Assembly: GCF_011386835.1 (NCBI RefSeq) | Contig: NC_088802.1 | Span: 54,746,001 to 54,810,000, forward strand | DNA from: Chrysemys picta bellii | Lineage: Eukaryota | Direction: 5' to 3' | Length of the DNA stretch: 64,000 nucleotides | The notes under the pieces: generated by a model | The model's input: the letters and a program-made list of their open reading frames with translations, nothing else | Told to the model about the DNA's origin: nothing | The model's database searches: none | Part shown: piece after piece, positions 10,484-22,935 of the stretch | Numbering within the stretch: the stretch's first letter is position 1 | How the letters are laid out: each line of letters begins with the position of its first letter | Translations under genes and position numbers: made by a program

Positions 10484-13400
10484 GCACAGGCCCAAGAGAC
10501 CCTACAATAACATGCCACCATGTACAGCCCTGAATGCCCCCACAATAACCCACCAGGCACAGCCCTGGCGCTCACAAGTCACCCTCCGATAACAAAATCC
10601 TCGCTTCAAAGTTCCCCCTCAAGCTCTCTCCTATCCCATGGGGCCTGCCCCAGTGGGTGGGGACTGTGAGCCGTTGGCAGATCGGGGGGGGGGGGGTAGA
10701 AGAGACCCACGGCTGGAACAGCCAGGGGGCTGCGGGTCAGGACTGAGGGGCGTCACCAGCGCAGTTTCAGGTTGGGGGGGAGTGAGGTTCCCCCAGAGTC
10801 GCCTTGGCCAGAGCCCAGCTTTCCTCCCTGCCCCCCAGAGCCCAGTGCCAGCGACTGACCCCTCCTGCGCCCTGGGCTCCCCCTCTGCCGTCTGCCTCAA
10901 GCCAATGCCTCCCAGCCCAATGCCCCCTCACTCCCCGGGACTTTTACACCAGCCCACTGCCAGCTGGGGAATCCAGGCCTGACTTTTCACCCGTGGCTGC
11001 TCAGCCCGATTGCATGGGCCTCGTCTCGGGGGGGTGGGGGGCTGAGTTCCCAGGCCAGAGGGTCTCCAGCTGGTCTCCCTAGACACTAATGGCAACGGCT
11101 GAAGGGGGTGACCAAAGCTCGATCCATCTCCCGGCTGCCAGCAGAGGGCAGGAGACCCGGCAGCCCCGGGACAGCCAGATGAACCAGTTCTCCCAGCGAA
11201 GCAGGAGGGAGGGCAAGGCCTGACGCTCCTTGCAGGAACCCCCTCCCTCCTCCCACCCCTGCCTTGGAGCTGGGCACGGATGAGTCACTTGTTCCTCCCC
11301 ATGTCACCCTCAGTGGCGCTCTGCTCTCCCAGCCCAAACCCGTCCCTTCACAGCCCCGCAGACCGGCCCTTTCATTGCCACCACCTGGACATGGCAGATA
11401 AACAGCAGCCACGCTCCACCCCAGAGGGGGCTGCATGGCAGTGCTGGGCACAGCGTTCCCCTGGGCATAGTTTGGGATTGAAACAGCAGGTGCCTTTATC
11501 ATTCGTTCCTCAGCAGGGCTGGGGCAGGTTCCCCACGCCGAGTAACTGCCCCCTTGGCTTCCCTGGCACCTTCCGGAGGAAGCTCACCAAGCACCTTCCA
11601 CACATGAATGAGTGGCGGGCAGAAGCTGGCGACCCACTTGCCCCGTGGTGAGTCTGGGGCAGAGGCAGGAGGGAGCCCAGGCGCCCTGGACCCACCCACA
11701 GGGCCTGATTTTCAGAAGAGCTCAGCACCGCCGTGCACCGAGCTTGAGGATCCGGCCCTGCCACCATAACCCCCCGCCCCTCACCCCCTGGAGGAGACGC
11801 CCTTGATCCCAGCCCTGCCCTGCAGCCCTTACAAAGGGCCTTGTCTTTCCTGCCGGTTCGTCGCAGCAGGGAGGACGCTTGCGGGATATTTAGCAGCGGC
11901 TGGCTTGGCAGCCCCCACGGAAAGGCAGGAATCTGCTTTTTTTATGGGAAAAGGGTTTGTTTAAAGGCTCCTCACCCTGGGAAGAGGGAGGCCTGCGGCA
12001 TTGCGGTGGGACGGAGGAGGAGCGGGAGGGATGGGGTGTGTTACAGGGACGGGGGAGCGGAGGTTGTATCTATATTTATCTGCACACCCAGCTGCAGCCC
12101 TCGCTGACCCCCGCCCCCCAGCACGCTGCAAACAGGCAGCTGCCGAGGTGCGGACAGGAGGTGCCAGCACTCCTGCCGGCGTTTAATTAAGGCTTCAAGT
12201 GGCATGTGCCCCTCCAGCCCAGGCCTGGCACTGTGCCATCTCCGGGACTCCAGATGTCACCTTGGTGATGGGGCGGCTGCAGGGAGCACTCGGCTGCCAG
12301 GTGAAGTGGAGCCAGCCTCTGCTAAGCTGCCAGCCATCGCCTCGTGAGCCCCCGAAAACCGCCAGGCCAGGGCCAGTGCCGCTCAGTCATTCCAGGCCCA
12401 CGCTGGGGCCCCCTGAACCCAAAACGGCCTGGGCTGGAGCTGCCCCTGCCTGTCTCCACCTCCCAAAGCCAGGCTGGGCTCTGGCTTCGCTAGCGGGGAC
12501 GGAGCTGGCCAAATTCCTGGGATAGGAGCGCAGCACCGGCTGCTCCGCCCGCGCCGTGTGGAGCCTGATGTTGCCCTTTGAGACACTGTGGCCCAATGGG
12601 TCAGGTGCTGGGCTGGGAGCTGAGAAACCTGGGGACTAGCCCGGCTCTCCTGAGTGACCGTGGGCACCTCCCGTCCTCTCTCTGGGCCTCATTTCCGCCG
12701 TCCCTAAAGCCGGGCTGATGAGACGCCGGGTCCTAATGGGGTTGGAGACAGAAAGCTGCTCCCTGATCATCCTGCTTGTGTCCGTGGGAGGTGGGGCTGC
12801 AAAGACAGCGGGGCTTCAGTGTCGGACCTAGATGGGCCCTGCCCCGAGAGCTGTAATCCCCCCTCACCGCTCTGTGCCTCGGTTTCCCCTTCTGTGAAAG
12901 GGGGATAGACGCCTCCCCTGCAGCAGGGAGGCGGCTGTTGTGAAGGGCGTTGATCCGCATGGATGGAATTCTGTACATGCCATGTGTGATTATTGCTTTG
13001 ATTTTTCCCCACTGTATATTTAATCCAGAGGTGGATGCTAGCCCAGGCCCGGTCTCTGCTGTCCCAGCGTGAAGCCAGAGGAACACTGTGGATGCACCTA
13101 CTGTAGTACTTTAGGCTCCCATCACCATGGTATCTGGACACCTGACACTCTTTAATGTGTCTAGCCTCACACATCGCTGTGCGCCAGGGCCCATGCGGTT
13201 AGCCCTGGTTTACAGCTGCGGGGGGCTGAGGCCTGGAGCGGGCTCTACGCACTAGATCCCCCCTCTCCTGCCATCGGGGGGTTACACTGGAGTAAGTGTG
13301 GGATCGGGGCACTGTTTCTTGGTGCCATTGTAGGGCTCCTGTCTTGGAGCTGAGCCCGGGATGGCCTTTGTCACGGGGAAGCGTAGCTGATGGAGTCTTG

Positions 13401-14664
13401 CCCTGGCCCCTCTGGGCTGTGACTGGGCGGGAGGAAATCGGGAGCAGCTGCATTTTGGTTTGTACGGAGCAGCTCACCTGCCGCCCCCGTGGGCTCGCTC
13501 AGCCATGCAGCGCACCAGGATTGTCTGCCCCACTTTCCAATCCTAAGTCGTCTTTAAGATCCTTAGCGTAATCCCGCCGAGTAATTCCCCAAGCCAGACC
13601 GTGCTTCCCACGTTAAGTCTGCATAAACCATGCAGCTCGGCACCCTGGGAGTCCTGCTTGCACACGGGGCTGCCGCGAGCTACCACACCCCATGGGGCCA
13701 GCCGTGGGAGAAACCCGGACGCACAAGGCAATGCCTGCTTTTGTCAGTGCCCCTGGGCATCTGCAGCCGGGCATGCCCAGGGCAGAGGGGACCTGCTGAC
13801 CCGCCTAACCCAGTCCTGGGCAGCCGTGGGCGTAACAGGTCCGTAGTCTCCATCCAGGGTTTTGTGTGCCATCCGCTCTCCTCTCAGGCTGCCCTGGCCC
13901 ACAGGAGGCTACCAGAGCCAGGGGTTGGCTGTGCACCCATCAGAGACAAGGGCTTCTCAGCCCGCACACGGACTTCAGACGGGCTGCTCCGGATTTGAAG
14001 CGGTGAGAGCAGCATCTGACCCAACGATCTTCCCTCTCTGCCCTGCGGTCCTGCACCCAGTGCTGACTGGGTAGCCCAGGGCCTTGGCATAAACAGCTGC
14101 CAGGATCCCCTCACCGGCTGCTCACGGCACATCAATCCAGTCTGGTTACGGGGGCATTGGCTTTTGCCCTGCTGCTGGCACCCCTGGGCGAGACGCTTAG
14201 CTGAAGCCGATGGTGCGATGCTGTCTGGGAATCGGCCCTGTCCCTTGTTCACACTCATATAACTGGTGGGGGGAATGCCCTGGAGTGAACCAGTGATATT
14301 TGGCAGGTGATCGGCCCATTAATTTTGGCATTTGAGGGACATTTGTGAAGAGATTAGCTCGCTATGAAATGCTGGGAGGAGGTGCCTGCCCGCGCGAAGT
14401 AACCGCATCTCATAAACATTTCCAGAGGATTTGCTAGCGCTGTGTCCAGTTCCGTGCCGCACCAGGCCGGGGCGAGTCACGTGTGCAGGTCGAGGTGCTG
14501 GTGAAGGGGGGGGCGCGTGCATCTTGATGAATACAGCTGCTATAGTGATAAGTCAACAAGCTGCAACTGGCAATGGAGAGTCTGGGGGGCCTGCTATGGG
14601 GTACTGTATTGTGGGGGGGACCTTTTGAGAAGCAGGGGGGCACTTCCCAGAGGGGAGGCAGCAA

Positions 14665-14890
14665 GAGCAGTGGCTCAGGCCCTGACCTGGTGCTCATGAG
14701 ACCTGGGGTCTACTCCCGCCTCTGCCACCCCCCTGCTGGGTGACCTTGGCCACATCACTTTTTCCCTGTTTTTTCACCCTTTTGTGTGTTTACACTGTAG
14801 GCCCTTTGGCGCAGGGACTGGTTCTCCTTCCATGCCTGTGCAGCGGGGCCCTGCTCTCGGTTGGGTGCTCCTATAGTACACTAATAACTC
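14665..14890 (+). mobile_element. Degenerate CORE/MIR-like SINE with L2-like 3' tail
   Basis: Contains gagacctggggtctactcccgcctctgcc...ctgggtgaccttggccacatcact (MIR core-like), then ctgtaggccctttggcgcagggact...ggggccctgctctcggttggg...ctaataa (L2-tail-like). Confidence 0.45.
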
Positions 14891-15457
14891 TGAATTTTGC
14901 CCAATCCCCCCTGCCCCTTTGTTTTAGCAACGGTGTTTTGTTTTTGCAAGAGGAGAAGGAAAATCTGCAAGGCTTGTGAGTTTCCACCGAGGGGCTGATT
15001 TCTGGACAAGCCCAGCTGAGACAGGAATGTGCCCACGAATCCACAATGTAAGCAATGGGCCACTCATCGTCCACAGTAAAATGTTATCACCTTCTCCTGA
15101 AGGTGAGTCTTTCTGCTTGCTTAAAACAAACAAAGGAATTGTTCAAATAACAATGGAGTGGTGACACAAGCCGATAAGAGCCAGGAAGCCTGAATATGCT
15201 AGCTGATTTTCTATGCTAGATAAAACCCAAACCAGCATGACTAGAGAGGAAAGTTTAGCCTGCAAAGAAATCCAGCAACCAGTTTTGATTTAGCAGAGTG
15301 AATCCTTTCAGTCTCTCCTTCTTAGCAGAGGGAAAGGAAATTCTTTCCTTATTAGGGCCTGATCCTGCAGCCAGTTGCTCCCGCAACCCAAGCCCGTGGT
15401 GCTAGGCAATGGCTCCAAGTTCTTTTGCATCTCTTTGTGTATTTTCCTTGCTGGTGA

Positions 15458-15581
15458 TAGGGCGACCAGACAGCAAGTGTGAACAATCAGGACAGGGGGT
15501 GGGGGGTAATAGAAGCCTATATAAGAAAAAGACCCAAAAATTGGGACTGTCCCTATAAAATTGGGACATCTGGTCACCCTA
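15458..15581. mobile_element. Non-autonomous hAT (Blackjack/MER81-MER94-like) MITE, copy 1
   Basis: TIRs TAGGGCGACCAGA and TCTGGTCACCCTA; the interior is near-identical to the copy at 24541-24663. No clear TSD. Confidence 0.85.
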
Positions 15582-15636
15582 GCACCAACCAGCAGATGGC
15601 TGGGCTCAGCAGGGGGAATTGGGTGATAGTTTCTGT

Positions 15637-15817
15637 ATCACAGAATATCAGGGTTGGAAGGGACCTCAGGAGGTCATCTAGTCCAATCCCCTGCTCGAAG
15701 CAGGACCAATCCCCAGACAGATTTTTGCCCCAGATCCCTAAATGGCCCCCTTAAGGATTGAACTCACAACCCTGGGTTTAGCAGGCCAATGCTCAAACCA
15801 CTGAGCTATCCCTCCCC
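15637..15817 (-). mobile_element. Tortoise PolIII/SINE (tRNA-Lys head plus CR1 3' tail)
   Basis: The minus strand reads GGGGAGGGATAGCTCAGTGGTTTGAGCATTGGCCTGCTAAACCCAGGGTTGTGAGTTCAATCC (A and B boxes), then the CR1 tail GGACTAGATGACCTCCTGAGGTCCCTTCCAACCCTGATATTCTGTGA. Confidence 0.9.
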
Positions 15818-17009
15818 ATTTGTAAAGGACCTATACAAATGGTGGCCTGCATGTTAGGAAGGTTGTGAATGGCCAGAGATGGGGCGTGAAGCCTCCCCTG
15901 TGATAGCAGCAGGGGGAAGGCCTGGAGGAGCCTAGACGCGGTCTCTGAGCAGCGGCACCATGGACGGCTGGACCTCTGGCTGGTGGGTAGGAGCTACAGG
16001 TCGATCCCTCAGTGCACAGCCTGGCTCGGCGCTCAGTCCCTCTCAAGCCATCTGTTCGCCCTCATCGGGAGCGGAGACGCACTGCCTCCACACAGGGCCC
16101 TGAACAGAATTTACCGGCCGGGGGCGCCGGTCGGGCCGAGTGTCAGGTGCAGGGCTAAGTCAGCTTCTGGCAAAATAAACCCGGGCTCCGGGCTGCGGAA
16201 GGAAACAGCTTCAGGAAGCCGCGTGTGGTGCTAGCCGGGGCCGGGGTGATGGGTCAGCACTTACGGCCGGCAGGAGAGGGAAGCCAGGCCAGATTGTGCT
16301 GTTTGTTGTTGTTAGCCAAGGACAAAACCCTTCTGGGGAGGCAGCAGCCGCCAGACTGGGCAAAAGCCTTGCTCAGCGCCAAGGGCAGCACGGGGCTGCA
16401 CCAAGCCACGGGGGCAGGGGGCAGCATCCCGGTGCCTAGGCCAGGGGGAGGGAGTTCAATCTGGGGGAGGAGATGCAGCTACCCAGACGCCTGCCACCCC
16501 TGGGCTGGCTCCCTAGGCCAGGACTGGACATGCGGGGCCCCAGCAAGGTTATTTGGTGGAACGGACAGATTCCCTCCCTCTCCCCACAAACCCTCTCAGT
16601 CTTCCCTCCCCCCCAGTGCCCCCGATCCGCACACAGCCCCAGGGGGACTGTCCCACCAGCCTCCCCACATGTCTCAGGGGTCCCTGTTCAGAAGCAGGTT
16701 CTGCCGTTCCCCAAATCCAGCCCCGTCCTGTTCTGGGCAGTGACAAGTGCAGGCCCTGGGGGCTCCAGCTATTGTGGGGGCCACGCTCCTGGATTCTCCA
16801 CCCCCTTGCCCGTCCACCTCCGCACCCTGGTCTGGTCTGGGCCTGCCCTGCACCAACAGCAAAGCCCCCAGCACCATGAGTGGCCGAGCTGGGGACGGGC
16901 AGGGCTGTTGGCAATACCCATCTCTGCTGATTCTCACGGCCGCTGGCATAACGGCTTGATTTGCTTCATTTATTGATTGGCATCTCCATGCCCTGCTCCC
17001 ATCCTCTAG

Positions 17010-17180
17010 TGTCTGAGCACCCTGCATTCATGAATGGACTGATCCTCACAGCCCCCTCCCCCAGTGAAGTAGGGGAGTATCCCTCCATTTACAGATGGGG
17101 AAACTGAGGCCCAGAGAGGCCTTCCCCAAGGTCCTATAGGGCGTCTAGCGCTGCTGGGACTCGAGCCCAGTTCTCCCCTG
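17010..17180 (-). mobile_element. MIR-like (CORE-SINE) fragment
   Basis: CORE motif catttacagatggggaaactgaggcccagagagg...cccaaggtc. Similar cores lie near 12887, 22983, 29427, 30226, 30532, 32608 and 43251. Confidence 0.6.
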
Positions 17181-20100
17181 GCTCTCACCACTCGTCCTAC
17201 TCTGACGTACCTGGGGACGCAGGTGAATTCCTAGATGGCTTTCATGGGGGCATAGCTGGATTCCAGTTTCTGCTTTCTCACCTGCATTAACCAATCTGTG
17301 CCGGGAGTCCTGGCAGATGGGGGAGGCAAAGGCATTTCAAGCCCTGCTTAAAAGCAAAGCCTTGTTTAAAACCAAACCAAACCAAAGTGCACCACGGGAG
17401 AGCGAGTCGTATTTTGAAATCTAATACAGCGCCGGAGATTAAGGGATTTCAAGGGGAACTGAGAACAACTTTCTGCTTGGCCAAACGGTCTCAATTTAAA
17501 GGGATTACAGGGGAGGGGAGGGAGGGAGTGTGTGTCCACTCTCTAACCCCGGGGGGGGGGGGGGGAGCAGAAACTGCCATAGTAGGGTTGAAATTTCAGC
17601 TGAATCCTTCACCCTCGTGCCTCACTCTCCCGAAATAGCAGCGGTGATGGTTTACCACATCCTGTGCTGCAGTGGGCATCTGACCCTACAGCCTCCCACG
17701 GCTCAGCCTTGACTCCCTGGACTCCCCCGGCCCCACCAGTTCCACAGGGGCACATCCACCTAGGACTGGGAGCCCTCGGGTTGTCTGGGTTCCTCGCGTG
17801 GTTCTGGCTTCCCTCTCCCTTCCCCTGGGGCTGAGCGTGCGCCGCTGACCCAGCTAACCGCAGGGCAGAGCAGTACTGGCTTCGAAAACCTCCCTTTTTC
17901 CTTCAACAACGGGCTTTTCTTCCCACTCCAGGGGCTCTTCCTGGATTGGCCTCTCGCTGCAGAGAGCTGCCGGCTGCCAAGGCCAGCTTTTCTAATTATA
18001 CCTGTGCCCTGCCAAAGGCTCTCCACAGTCAGGTGATTTTCCATACAAGCATTTCCCAGCTCCTAGGAGCCCCCCAGCCTCGTGCGACAGTAGCAAAGGG
18101 CTCTACCCGGGCTCTCTTGGGCCTCTTCACTCACAGCCCAGTAAGTGGAGGCTGCATGCACCGCTGGCTAGGCGCCACCCCCCAGAGCTGGGGGTGTTCC
18201 CATTCACATGGCAGCTTTGCAACACTCCCCATCTGGGATCATCAGCAGGGTTTGAACCTGGGATTTTCCACCTGGAAGCACAGAGTCTATTACTACCTGA
18301 GCCATCGGGGTAACTCCATTAATGCGTAGCAGTAGTAGGCTGTTATCCTCCAAGTGGCTCGCCGGGAGCGAGGGCGTGGCCTGTACTTTACAAACGTGTT
18401 ACACGAACGTGTGGACTTTTTCAATTATCCTGCTTTTCGACTTGAATCATTCAGTGTGGGGGGAAGGTGCCTGATTCTCAGGAGTGTGATGTCCCCGAGC
18501 CCTGGGCAGCCACAGGCCGAGCTTTCCCCACACGCAGCCCCCTGCCAGCGTTCAGCCTGTGTGGGTGAGAGGGTAGTGCAGCCTCCATTCACCCCTGTGC
18601 TCACCAATCAGTACCAACTGGGCTGTAGCTTATCTGTTATATAGAACTGGGCTGAGACCCCAACAGCTTATTGCACCCAAACAGTCCCCCGTTGGGAACA
18701 ACTGATAGGCATGAGTGCCCCTAGCCGGATGTGAAAGCCCTTTCAGCCTGTTCCCAATCCCTGAGCCCCTCAGCCCCTCACTATTTGCATTCAAACAAAT
18801 GATGTGGTGAACGCTTCCTCCTGCCGCGGACCCACCAGACCTGTGTCTGCACTCAGATCACCCAGGCCATTGCAGGAGCTGCACTGGTTATCCGGCCTCC
18901 TGTGCCCGCTCTACAGCAAGGGAACCTCGAAACCCTGAGCTGGGGGCTGGCAGCCCAGCGCGGGACAGACTTGCTCCAGTGCGGCGCCGCGTGAGTATGT
19001 GGGTGACATCTGAGCTAATGGGGGATTTGACATTATTTCCTTTCTATTCCCCCCACTTCCCCGTTAGCTCCTTGATTGTCACGCTCGTTACGCCTGGCCT
19101 GTGGGGGTTCTGAGAGCTTTGTCTGCATGTTAGCCAAGCACATGTTCTGCTTAATACCTACTGCCCCTCCCCCCCAGCACACCCCATTCCCAGGACCCCC
19201 TGGCACATCCCTCCCCCCACCTCCTGCAGGAATCCCGCCATCCCCCACATGCCAGAGACAGCATGGTGGCTCCGTAGACAGGCTGTATGTGGGGGGGGGG
19301 GGGGGGGGGAGCAGGCCAAAGGGCACTAAGACTGGAGGGTCACCAGGACCCAGGCTGGCAGGGATGTGGAAGCTGTGGCCCTGGGGGTCAGCGCCTCTGG
19401 GTCGGGAGTGCAAACACGGGGGGCTGAGTGGTTTATTGATGCTGGGGAACCTACATCTCCCCAAGCGGCCTCCCCCGCCCCCAGCTGCTGGCTGGTTCCT
19501 CTTCGCTTAGAAGCCTCTAAGGGGGAAGCAGGAGACTCCTGAAGGACTGAGACCCTCCTGCGTGGAAGTCCCTGGAGCCCCACTGAGCCGCCCCCTTGTG
19601 CCCCAGGAGCCGAGGGGGAGGGGTGAATCGCCTCTGAGGCCCCAGCTGCATTGTCCCCACCCCACAGGGCAATGCGGGCACTGGCCAGGTGGGGTCAACG
19701 CTGGGGGCTCAGTTCTGCCCTCAGCTCCACTCGCTTCCCCCTTGTACATGAGGGCAGGGCTGGGGCCTCCCCCCTGCGATCGGGAGCCATGGGGCCCCCT
19801 GGGGTTTCTCAGACGCTGCCTCTGCATCCTCGTACCCATAGTCCTCCCCAGAGACAGCAGTGGGGGGTCAGAGCCAAGCCAGGCCCTCGGGAACCCGCTG
19901 ACTAGAGGAGCGGCCTGGCAGCTGCTTCCCCGGTAACCCAGCAGCGATGCAGGGCCTGCTGCGCCGTGAAACCGCCCCACGCCAGCCGGAGTCTGCCGGG
20001 GCAGAAGGACAGAGGGGGAAGGGCGTGTTCATCCCCCGGGCGCCATCAAATCCGCCCCGCGACACAGGAGCTCACAGTCGCACCGCTGAGCTTGGCTGAG

Positions 20101-21149
20101 GTGCCCGGGGTGTGAGACACACCCACCCCGTCGGTCCACAGGCTCTGCTCGGCCCGGTGTCCGTCAAGTGACTGTCATGCACTTCAACGGTGCTGGCAAC
20201 TCGGTGTCATGGCGGGGAAGACAAGGGGTGTTTACTGGTGTTTTGCCCCAAATTTTCCCTCCCTGGCCCTCGCCCAGTTATGTGCTGTCCAGCAGTCATA
20301 TAGCTGCTACCCTCCACCCCAGAGTCAGCTGCATTCCATGGGTGCCATATGTACCTACTTTGTACAGCCCCTTTGCCAGCCCAGATGAAAGTTTACACAG
20401 TATCTCTCTGGGCCATTCGTGTATCCGCCTCACTGCGATGTCAGCGCAGGCCTGCAGATAGCCGGAGTAAACGTCTGCTGCAGTCTGCAGGGGGAGCAAA
20501 GGAGGGTTTTTGTAGGACCTATAGAAATGATGGGCAGCGAGGAGGTTCGTGGCTTTCGTTTTGCAGTTTCCCGTGGATGACGGTGGCCGATTGCAGAGTG
20601 AAGCGAGAGAGCAACAGACGAGGGGCTAGGACAATGGGGGAGGCTGACGCTTTCTGGTTGTGGGTCCCCAGCGGGATACACCTGGGATCTGTCGGGGCGG
20701 GGGGGGGAGCTCAGCACCCACAGTTCCTGGGAGCGTTGTACTAGGGGCTCCCTCCATTCCCCCACTGTGTACGTCTCTCCCCTCCCCCTCTATTTCAGGG
20801 ACTCCCCGCAACTCCTCCTATCTCCCCGGTGCCAGGGGTTGTGTGTGTGCCCCCATTCCCCCTGCTCCCACACACACCCACCAATGTCTCCGTGTGCCCC
20901 GCATTCCCCCATCCCTCGTGCCAGGGTCCCGTGTTGTCACCCCATGTGTGCCCTGTTCTCCCCCACCCCATCACTGCCTATCTGGAAGAGAAGTCATGCA
21001 GGGTGTCAACCCTGGGCGGATGAGCAGGGCCCAGGGTATTTGTTCCGGGGGAAGGCACTAGCTGTGGCGGTGCTAGACACATGCTGGGGGGAGGGGGGGA
21101 GGGCTCTCCTTGTGTTCCCCATTTGCGGGTTTCCGACCCCCCCCCCTAG

Positions 21150-22020
21150 GATTCCGCTGCTGTGTGTCCAGAACACGCCCCGAAACTTTGGACCTGCTGG
21201 GACGCGGCGTTCGCAGGTTCTGCCCCCCGGCCAGGGACAAACCCCTTTGGGTGCGGGGCACGGCCGCCCCAGGCCGGGCTAATCAGCTGTGACGTGGCCA
21301 AGCCGGCGGCGGCGAGGTGGGCGAGGGCCGGAGCGCGAGGCGCTGAGTGCGGGGAGATCCCGAAGCCCCCCCAGCCCAGCAGGGCGCAGGCAGCCCCCGG
21401 ACCCGGTCTCAGGGTAGGAGACGCCCCGTCCCCCGCGGCTTGCGCTTGCTGGCGGGTGCGGGGCTGCAGTCTGGGCTCGGGGGCTGGGGAAGCGGAGCGG
21501 GCGAGCTGCGAGCAGCCCCCCGCCGGCCGGCCGGGGAGCGGGGCCCGGGGCCCGGGCTGGGTGCGCCGCGCGGGGCCGCTTCCCCCGAAGGGCCAATCCC
21601 GGCTCCGCGCACGCCGCGATCACCGCCCAGGTAGGAGCCCGGCCGCCCCCCGGCGCCGCTGGGCGGCAGAAGTTGGCAGGCTCCGGGGTTTTGCAGCCAG
21701 CCCGCCCCAGCCGGAGCCGAGAGAGCCGGGGCCCCAAGCGCCCCTCGCCGTGGGGTGCGGTGCGGAGGACCCAGGAGCGGAGGCTCGTTAAACCCCCCCG
21801 GGGGGAGCGGGGAGACCCCGGATCCGGATCTCCGGGCGTGAGTTCTCCGCGGCGAGCGGGTCGCGGCTGCCGGGGCGGCTACGAACAATGGGGCAAGTTC
21901 CCCCGCTGGAAGCGAGCGGCCCCTGCCCCCAGTGCCACGGACCCGGACGGGCAGGGGCCGCCTGGGCGTGCTTGGGACAGTCCCGGGGGGGCTGGCGCCA
22001 TGCTCTGGGGCACAAGGGGG
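21150..22020 (+). promoter_or_regulatory. GPRC5C: CpG island, GPRC5C promoter and non-coding first exon(s)
   Basis: Very CpG-dense, with CAGCTG and TGACGTGG motifs near 21284-21297. Candidate donors are GTAGGA at 21414, GTAGGA at 21631 and GTGAGT at 21838, ~3.5-4 kb upstream of the acceptor at 25337. Confidence 0.7.
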
Positions 22021-22023
22021 CGG

Positions 22024-22935
22024 CTCTGGGAGGAGAGTGGGGGCTGGGCGCCTGGACTCCTGGGTTCCATCCCTGGCGCTGGGAGGAGAGTGGGGGTTGG
22101 TGAGTTAGAGCAGGGGGGGCTGGGAGCCAGGACTCCTGGGTTCTCTCCCCGGCTCTGGGAGGAAAGTGGGGGCTGGTGAGTTAGAGTAGGGGGGCTGGGA
22201 GCCAGGACTCCTGGGTTCTCTCCCTGGCTCTGGGAGGGGAGTGGGGGCTGGTGGTTAGAGCGGGGGGAAGGGGGGGTGGCAGCCAGGACTCCTGCGTTCT
22301 CTCCCCGGCTCTGGGAGGAAAGTGGGGGCTGGGAGCCAGGACTCCTGGGTTCCATCCCCGGCTCTGGGAGGAGAGTGGGGGCTGGTGGATTAGAGCAGGG
22401 GGGCTGGGAGCCAGGACTCCTGGGTTCCATCCCCGGCTCTGGGAGGAGAGTGGGGGCTGGTGGGTTAGAAGGGGGGAGGCTGGGAGCCAGGCCTCCTGGG
22501 TTCCATCCCCGGCTCTGGGAGGAGAGTGGGGGCTGGTGGGTTAGAAGGGGGGAGGCTGGGAGCCAGGACTCCTGGGTTCCATCCCCAGCTCTGGGAGGAG
22601 AGTGGGGGGCGGGGGGCTGGGGCTGTGAGCCAGGACTCCTGGGTTCCATCCCCAGCTCTGGGAGGAGAGTGGAGGCTGGTGGGTTAGAGCAGGGGGGTTG
22701 GGGCTCCAGGCTCCTGAGGTCTATTTCTGGCTCAGAGGATAAATGTGTTTTGTGGTTAAAGCAGAAGGGGCTGGGAGCCAGGACTCCTGGGTTCCATCTC
22801 CAGCTCTGGGAGGAGAGTGGGGGCTAGGAGCCAGGACTCCTGGGTTCTCAGCCTGGCTCTGGGAGGGGACTGGGGGCTAGTCGGTTAGAGCAGCGCGGGA
22901 GAGGGGCTGGAAGTCAGGACTCCTGGGTTCTATTC
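22024..22935. repeat. G-rich minisatellite, ~75 bp unit, about 12 variant copies (GPRC5C intron 1)
   Basis: Unit ggctctgggaggagagtgggggctggtgggttagagcaggggggctgggagccaggactcctgggttccatcccc; the gagccagg anchor recurs at 22124, 22199, 22333, 22408, 22484 and beyond. Confidence 0.95.

Noticed and set aside
15750-15817. tRNA-Lys-like sequence as a tRNA gene
   Set aside because: Fused to a CR1 tail, so it is a SINE head.
19291-19309. Poly-G tracts (also 17551-17565 and 60854-60871)
   Set aside because: Simple homopolymers, common in GC-rich chromosomes and prone to length error.
19326-19583. GDVGSPASINHS resembling the BTBD17 N-terminal SINHS motif
   Set aside because: Similarity stops after the motif, no BTB domain follows in the frames I checked, and the position does not fit the expected order.
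21879-22827. Long repetitive ORFs (256 and 183 aa)
   Set aside because: Translation of the 75 bp minisatellite.
22024-22935. Regular repeats as a CRISPR array
   Set aside because: No unique spacers, vertebrate DNA, no cas genes.
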